DNA of 64,000 bases. Origin: Marsupella aquatica (lineage: Eukaryota; Plantae; Marchantiophyta). The position numbers were made by a program, and so were the translations under genes. Numbering within the stretch: position 1 is the first letter of the stretch; the number at the start of each line of letters is the position of its first letter. Of this stretch, positions 58,677 through 64,000 are shown piece by piece. The stretch is taken from positions 25,419,899-25,483,898 of the forward strand of contig OZ316891.1 of the NCBI GenBank assembly GCA_973895155.1, in the 5' to 3' direction. A model generated the notes under the pieces. It did not search any database and had not been told where the DNA came from. It worked only from the letters and a program-made list of their open reading frames with translations.

Positions 58677-61242
58677 CACCTGAGTGCTATCAAACAATTG
58701 AGTTATGGAGAACTAACAGACTGTCCTTTTCAATTGTAGGATTGGTTGGCTCTTGCAAGAATGACCATGGGAAGGAAAGATTGTCGAAATGTTTACTGGT
58801 TACTGTTTGTGGACGATGCTCTTTTTGAGTTATGGAGTTTGGTATGCCAGTTGTGGTTGGATGGGAAACTTCCCGATGGAGCTGGGGTAGAAGGAAATGA
58901 GAAGTGTGAAAAAGCAGTTACTGTTGCCATGTTTCGTTGTTTTGATGGTGAGTTGATCTCACAACGAGACATCACAAGAATACTGACGCGGGTGAAGTCA
59001 GGAAAGGCATTGCTAAAGAAAGATGCCTCTAATAAATCAGACATGCCATCTATAGAGGAGTTGGCCAAAGATGTGAAGATCGTGCGGAAACTGAAGTCCC
59101 TTATTGAAGACTACTATTGCACCAAGGATGCGGTGAATTTCCCGGCAAATACTAATTGGGGGAAAGTAGTGGAGGTTCTTCCTACGCTAGCAATTGACTC
59201 AGAGTTCAGCAGGTGTCAAAGAGCCGCTGGCGAGGTCTATCTTGCTAACCTTTTAAAACCAAATCATACGCGGGAGAGCGCAATCTTGCCGACGGCATTG
59301 GCATTCCGCCTAGATGATATATACTGCCAGAAATTTGACCCTACCATGGGCTACATTTTTTAGCGACAATCTCATGAAGACCATTGATCCAGAGTCATTG
59401 CAAGAAGCTCCTCCGACCTGCCCTCTTGCCATTGTTGATTTTAGCCGGCTTCCGCAAAAACAATGGACTAAAGCAGAGATTCTTGTTCTCTTTGAATACA
59501 TTGTGGAGCTTCCACAAAATCCCACGATTGTTGTGACGATAACAGTTCATCCTGGACAACTTGCATTGAATGTCCATGGTGCCCTTCGTAAACTGGGACA
59601 AGAGAAAGCTTTGACCATTCACATTGAGTATGGGAGTTATTCTCAAGATGATCAACCGCACCCTCATGACTCATGTTGGGGTGGGGGGATTGAAGAAGTT
59701 ATCTTTGCGGGGATTTCTCGAGATGAAGACGTCAATTGAAATGAAGTTTTCAAGCCCAACTATCCAAAGCCAAAATTCTTGTATACTGCAAAGGATGTTG
59801 ATTACGAAGTATGCAAGATCGACAAGGGAAAGGGGAAGGCGAAGGAATCAGATGAGGGGACACAAAACAACAACCTAAAAGTGGTTTTGGACCCGGAAGA
59901 GGCCGTCAAGATTATGAATATGGCCCCTCGATTTGAGACAGTTGGCAGTCGCGGAGGGTGGGTTAATCCTCATGCCAAACCCACGCGGATGATCTGAAGG
60001 ATTATTGAATCCTTGTCAGAACCAGGAGATTTGGTTCTAGATTTTTTCTCCGATGGCCAAGTCATGAAGACATCATTTTTTTGCGATAGGGAATGCTTTG
60101 TTTATTGTGACTCTCACTCCGAGAGGCATTTTGTGGAAGCTTTTGCTTCCTACCTTTGCGAGAGAGTTCCCTCACTTAAAGCTCATTGTGAATCACTTGC
60201 TGAAAATTCTTGACAATGGGCTACCACTGTTGCGGCTGTAGCTATCGCTGTTGAATCCGATGGTTTTGAGTCTGAAGATGTTGCTGACAAAGTGGATGAA
60301 GGCGTAGAGGCATCAAAGGAGGCATATGTCAAGAATTTGGATGACCGTGTTGGTCAAGGTGAGCCTTATGATGTAGATGATGATATTGGACTTGTACCGA
60401 ACCGTTCATCTGGTTTAGATGACATCCCTCCGGGGCCCAATGAAGTTCAAGTTGATGATAACTTGGACAAGGATGATCCCAATCCATCAACGCCGGGAGG
60501 ACAGATGGAGCAACTGGAAGGAGCAAGGGTTGATACGTTTGATCATCTTTCTTCAACCAATCTGATCAATGAAGGCGCAACGAGGCTTGGAGATTCAAAT
60601 GAAGCTGAAACTAAAGAATTGACTCGGGGGGAGACCGAGGGGGAGACTGGCGGATTGCCTGACATTCCAATCAATCCAGGAGGAAATGCATCAACGGCTG
60701 CTGACAACCAGGCAGGTGCTTCAACTTGTCCTGACACACTTTTCAGCTTCTGATGACAAATTGGTGTTCGTTTGTTCACACTCGGGGAGTCCTATTGTCC
60801 TTTCGCTCTCAAAAAAAAGGAAATAGAGTTGGATCAACTGGATGGAGGTCATTGGAATGCGACGCACGATGTTACGTGTGGAAAAGTGGGCCAAATCGAG
60901 GCCAAGAAATATCATTGGATGTTGCTCCTTCAATTCTCAATAAGGAGGAGTATAAGAGTGGAGAATTGGGGTTGATAACTCCTGTTTGGACTTCACCTTA
61001 TTGGGTAGAACAAAGTACTTCAAATGTCAATTTTGAAATCCAACAGGAGCTTGGTGCTGACATGATTATTGATGAATACGGATCTCTTATTTTGGAATGA
61101 AATTCAGCCTTTGACTTTGTATTTATTCATATCAATCTAAAATACTTCTCGGTCTCACAGAATGCGCTCACCAATTAAAGTCTCCATATCCGTCTACACA
61201 TTGTGAGGCTTCTAAAAATGGTATGTAGGTTAATTTTCTTTT

Positions 61243-62377
61243 TTGTCAGCCATTGTCTTGTATTTTTGGACTGAGACAATCCTAATCCAAAGTTCACTTT
61301 TGGTCTTTTCTCTAAGAATGGTGTTTGGTGCACTTGCAGAATCGAGACCTGGTCCCCTCAAGCGGAAGTTGCTGATTTTGGACCTTAATAAAATACTTTG
61401 GGATTCTATTGAATTCCAAAGCAAGGGCACATCCAGGAATATTGTCACCTCAAGTGGAGTGCATTGGGATAGATCAAATGGAACTAGTCGCATGTATACA
61501 GAGAGGCCAGGGCTCCATGAGTTTCTAAAGTTGGTTTTTGACCGGTTTGACGTTGCAATTTGGACATGTGCTGGGATGCCGCGAACAGTGAAAATGTTGA
61601 ACATGACGTTCACAATTGAGGAGCGGTTTGAAACTGAAGTTTGTATTCACACAGGTGGAAACCTTTGACACAGGCATTCAAAGGCGTGACATTACAAATG
61701 GAAAGGCAAATGTGCTATTGAAGGATTTTCGGGTGGTATGGAGTGCATTTGGAAATCTATATGATGAAACCAACACACTCCTTGTGGATGACTCCCCCTT
61801 GAAGGCATTTGCCAACCCAGACATGACCGGACTATTTCCAGTGCCCTACACGCATGCCAATCGTGGAGACAATTTTCTTCTAACAATTCTTTGGCCATGT
61901 CTTGAGAAACTGTCACATGCAAGTGACATTCGTTGTTATCTTCTCCTAAACTCTCCAAAGTGGTCTCTATTGCACATTAAGAGAGACAAGGCAAAAAATG
62001 AGATTACTTATAATCAACTTAGTAAGAGATGTGCAGCAAAAATTTGGAACTCACAGTATAGGCATAGTGTGCTGGACCTCAATAGCAATGAGATTCCTTG
62101 GGCTGTGAAGCACCGTATATGTAGCTTACGTCCTGAGGTGGAACTTGACGATGCACTAGTCACCTCACTTGCTAGATCATTTGTAGGACGGGAATATTCA
62201 GGTCTGTATAGAGAAAATCCTAGACATTTTTGGTGGGAGATTATAGCAGTTAGGAACAACACCACCAAATTTCATCTCCCTGAAGATAAAGGGAGTTGCA
62301 ACCGTGACATTAGGGTAGATAGTAAAGGAGACAAAGGCACATGCTCAAATAAATATTGTAAGGAACACTTTGTTTAG
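61243..62377 (+). pseudogene. Element B FCP1/NIF phosphatase-like gene (frameshift ~61620)
   Basis: RKLLILDLNKIL...ERPGLHEFLK...FDVAIWT...LLKDF...TNTLLVDDSPLKAFANP...LFP. Confidence 0.88.
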
Positions 62378-62619
62378 AGATCTGACTCATGTTAAGCCCA
62401 TTAGATAGTAAAAATGGGTGCCAGCCCTGGATATTCATTGTAAGTTTGGACACAATTGTATATAATTATTTTCACACATTATCAATCAATGGTCCTTGCC
62501 TGGGCTTCTTTGTGCGGAAATGTTTTTACAAGTATGATCTCTATCCCATGGTTCTTTGTGAACTAATAAGTAATATAATACTATTATAATTAATATAATA
62601 CTAATAAGATTTGGCCTAT

Positions 62620-62749
62620 AAAGTGTACATTTAGGTATCAAAAAGTGTACATTTGGGCTTCATAAAGTGTACATTTGGGGACATAAAAGTGTACATTTCA
62701 GGACTGATTTGTGAACAAAAGAAAATACACTTTTAATGAATAGGCTGAT
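62620..62749. repeat. Element B opposite TIR and subterminal repeats
   Basis: AAAGTGTACATTT x4, then AATACACTTTTAATGAATAGGCTGAT. Confidence 0.9.
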
Positions 62750-63084
62750 CCTGGTCTATCAATGAAGTCGTAAGCTACCAAGGTGACCGTCGCCCAAGTA
62801 CTACTATAAGTAACTATGTGGCACCACTTCTTACTAACTGTTCGAATGACGATCAAGTCCATGACCCGATTTCTAATCGCATTATCCGACAAATTCCCAA
62901 GACAGTGGAAAAACTTTTTGACTAATGGCCAAATATATTTCTCGACAATATCGTTCGGAAAACCGGGTATCAGGTCTTCAGCTTGACTCCATATCATGTT
63001 TCGGTTCATAACCTTTGCACGTGCAATGCGCTCCATCATCATTTGACGATGAGATTTTTGATTCATGTCAAAGGACTGCAACAT
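62750..63084 (-). pseudogene. F-box-like gene, 5' half (element A)
   Basis: DLIPGFPNDIVEKYIWP...IRTVSKKWCHIV...W resembles the plant F-box LIPGLP.D...R.VSK.W pattern with an insertion. Confidence 0.6.
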
Positions 63085-63118
63085 AATATGGAAAAGATTA
63101 AGAACAAGAACCTATCCA

Positions 63119-63669
63119 TTAAGAACTGGGACCACCTAATTTCTGAGAAAATCTACCAAACCTTTCAATTAGAACATCTCGTTCTTCCTCATCTAAATAG
63201 TTATATTTGTTCGTAAAAAATATGATTTTGTCAAAAGTACTAGTCCCAAGAACAGATATTTCTGGAAGCATAGAAATATCCTGTCGAATAACTCGACAGA
63301 CTGAGTCAAACTCCAACTCGTCAGTTTCGGGTATGTAGTAAAGTCCTTTATTTGCGTCATCGACAATCCGGTTTGCTTGTTTGAGAATAGCCCATAACCT
63401 TGTATTTGTAACTAAAAAGTTCCACTTCTTGTTACAAGCTCCAAGCCAAATAAGGTCTCGGACCCTATCGATAACCAAATCAATATCGGGGTGTCGGTAT
63501 CCAGGCAATCCTTCAATTGAAATAAAGTGTTTGTAGAGTATTGGCCAAATGTTTGAAATGACCAAAACATTTGGTATTCCTCCAATGAGACTAGAGGAGG
63601 TTTCATCCAGTGTATCCCATATTGTTTTCTATTTCCTTTCATGAGATGAAAGGAAATCTTGAGCCTCAT
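63119..63669 (-). CDS. Second F-box-like paralog (element A)
   Basis: LIGGIPNVLVISNIWP...RVRDLIWLGACNKKWNFLV...LW; aligns by eye with the neighbouring gene. Confidence 0.55.
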
Positions 63670-63750
63670 TCAAAAGTTGGCTCATCCTGCTTTTATCATA
63701 TCACAAAACATTGTTAGAAGACATACGACGCGCTTGGTCACGTAAGTTAA

Positions 63751-63990
63751 CTAGAATTCCTTAAAAGCGTAGATGTCACCCTCAAGGTATCCAACTTCGT
63801 GGCATCTGACTATAAATTTCCATTTTTCAAGAGGGTGAAGAGCATCGTAAGTCTTCGTGAAGAGTTCCCTAAGATCTCTGGACATTGACCCCATGAATTT
63901 AATTTTTGGGTATTTCTGGAAGAAACTTTGAACTATCGATGAGAGAGACTCATTTCCGATCGATTTAGTAGGATTTCTTGGGAAAGCCAA
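63751..63990 (-). CDS. Unknown ORF or exon of element A
   Basis: Open frame on the same strand as neighbouring genes, followed by the element-A motif; no recognisable domain. Confidence 0.3.
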   Translation of the reverse strand: MAFPRNPTKSIGNESLSSIVQSFFQKYPKIKFMGSMSRDLRELFTKTYDALHPLEKWKFIVRCHEVGYLEGDIYAFKEF

Positions 63991-64000
63991 ATCTAATAAA

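Larger units (their letters stand above)
56651..60753 (+). pseudogene. Element B cargo gene: ParB-like + N6/N4 DNA MTase-like + acidic tail; intron 58245-58739; several stops and frameshifts
   Basis: IFSIPIDSIFPA...RMLNAEHVKEVANSM...FLAISGQHSARAA; AIVDFSR; NPHAKPTRMI*RIIESLSEPGDLVLDFFSDG matches the beta-class KP..L..(R)LI...S..GD.VLDPF.G motif. Confidence 0.7.
34597..62749 (-). mobile_element. Element B: 28-kb (with nested insertions) TIR DNA transposon, Sola-like
   Basis: TIRs ATCAGCCTATTCATTAAAAGTGTATT at 34597 and reverse complement ending 62749; 4-bp TSD CCTG (34593-34596, 62750-62753); subterminal AAAGTGTACATTT repeats; Sola-like transposase. Confidence 0.88.
11896..64000 (-). mobile_element. 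Element A: large unclassified mobile element with cargo genes (other end and transposase outside the window)
   Basis: Breaks the CACTA-2 exon at ~11896; compact minus-strand gene array; its palindromic motif recurs from 11977 to 63745; one of its genes rejoins in frame across element B. Confidence 0.65.

Noticed and set aside
57549-60213. Bacterial or phage contamination (ParB-MTase)
   Set aside because: It has a GT-AG intron shared with a paralog and is embedded among plant TEs with TSD-verified junctions.

Overview
Eukaryotic (land-plant-like) heterochromatic window made almost entirely of nested transposons. Reconstructed from TSDs and rejoined reading frames, the nesting is: CACTA-1 (1-3176) > CACTA-2 (from 3177) > unclassified large element A (from ~11896, running off the right edge) > 28-kb TIR element B with a Sola-like transposase and 4-bp TSD (34597-62749) > Bianca-type Copia (43470-56650) > L1-type LINE (44315-51680). 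Also present are an Athila-like Gypsy (17133-30637) inside A, two inverted copies of a non-autonomous LTR element carrying exon 1 of an STR/STR2-like ABCG gene, and two MITEs. The main observation is that A and B each carry a homologous, spliced cargo gene: ParB-like domain + degenerate N6/N4 DNA-methyltransferase-like domain + acidic region, linked to FCP1/NIF phosphatase-like domains (and, in A, an Ulp1 protease). Each element also has its own palindromic DNA motif confined to introns and non-coding DNA, including an intron at the same position in both genes. This resembles a transposon-encoded self-recognition or anti-silencing system. Domain calls come from motif recognition by eye, not database searches, and most copies carry premature stops.
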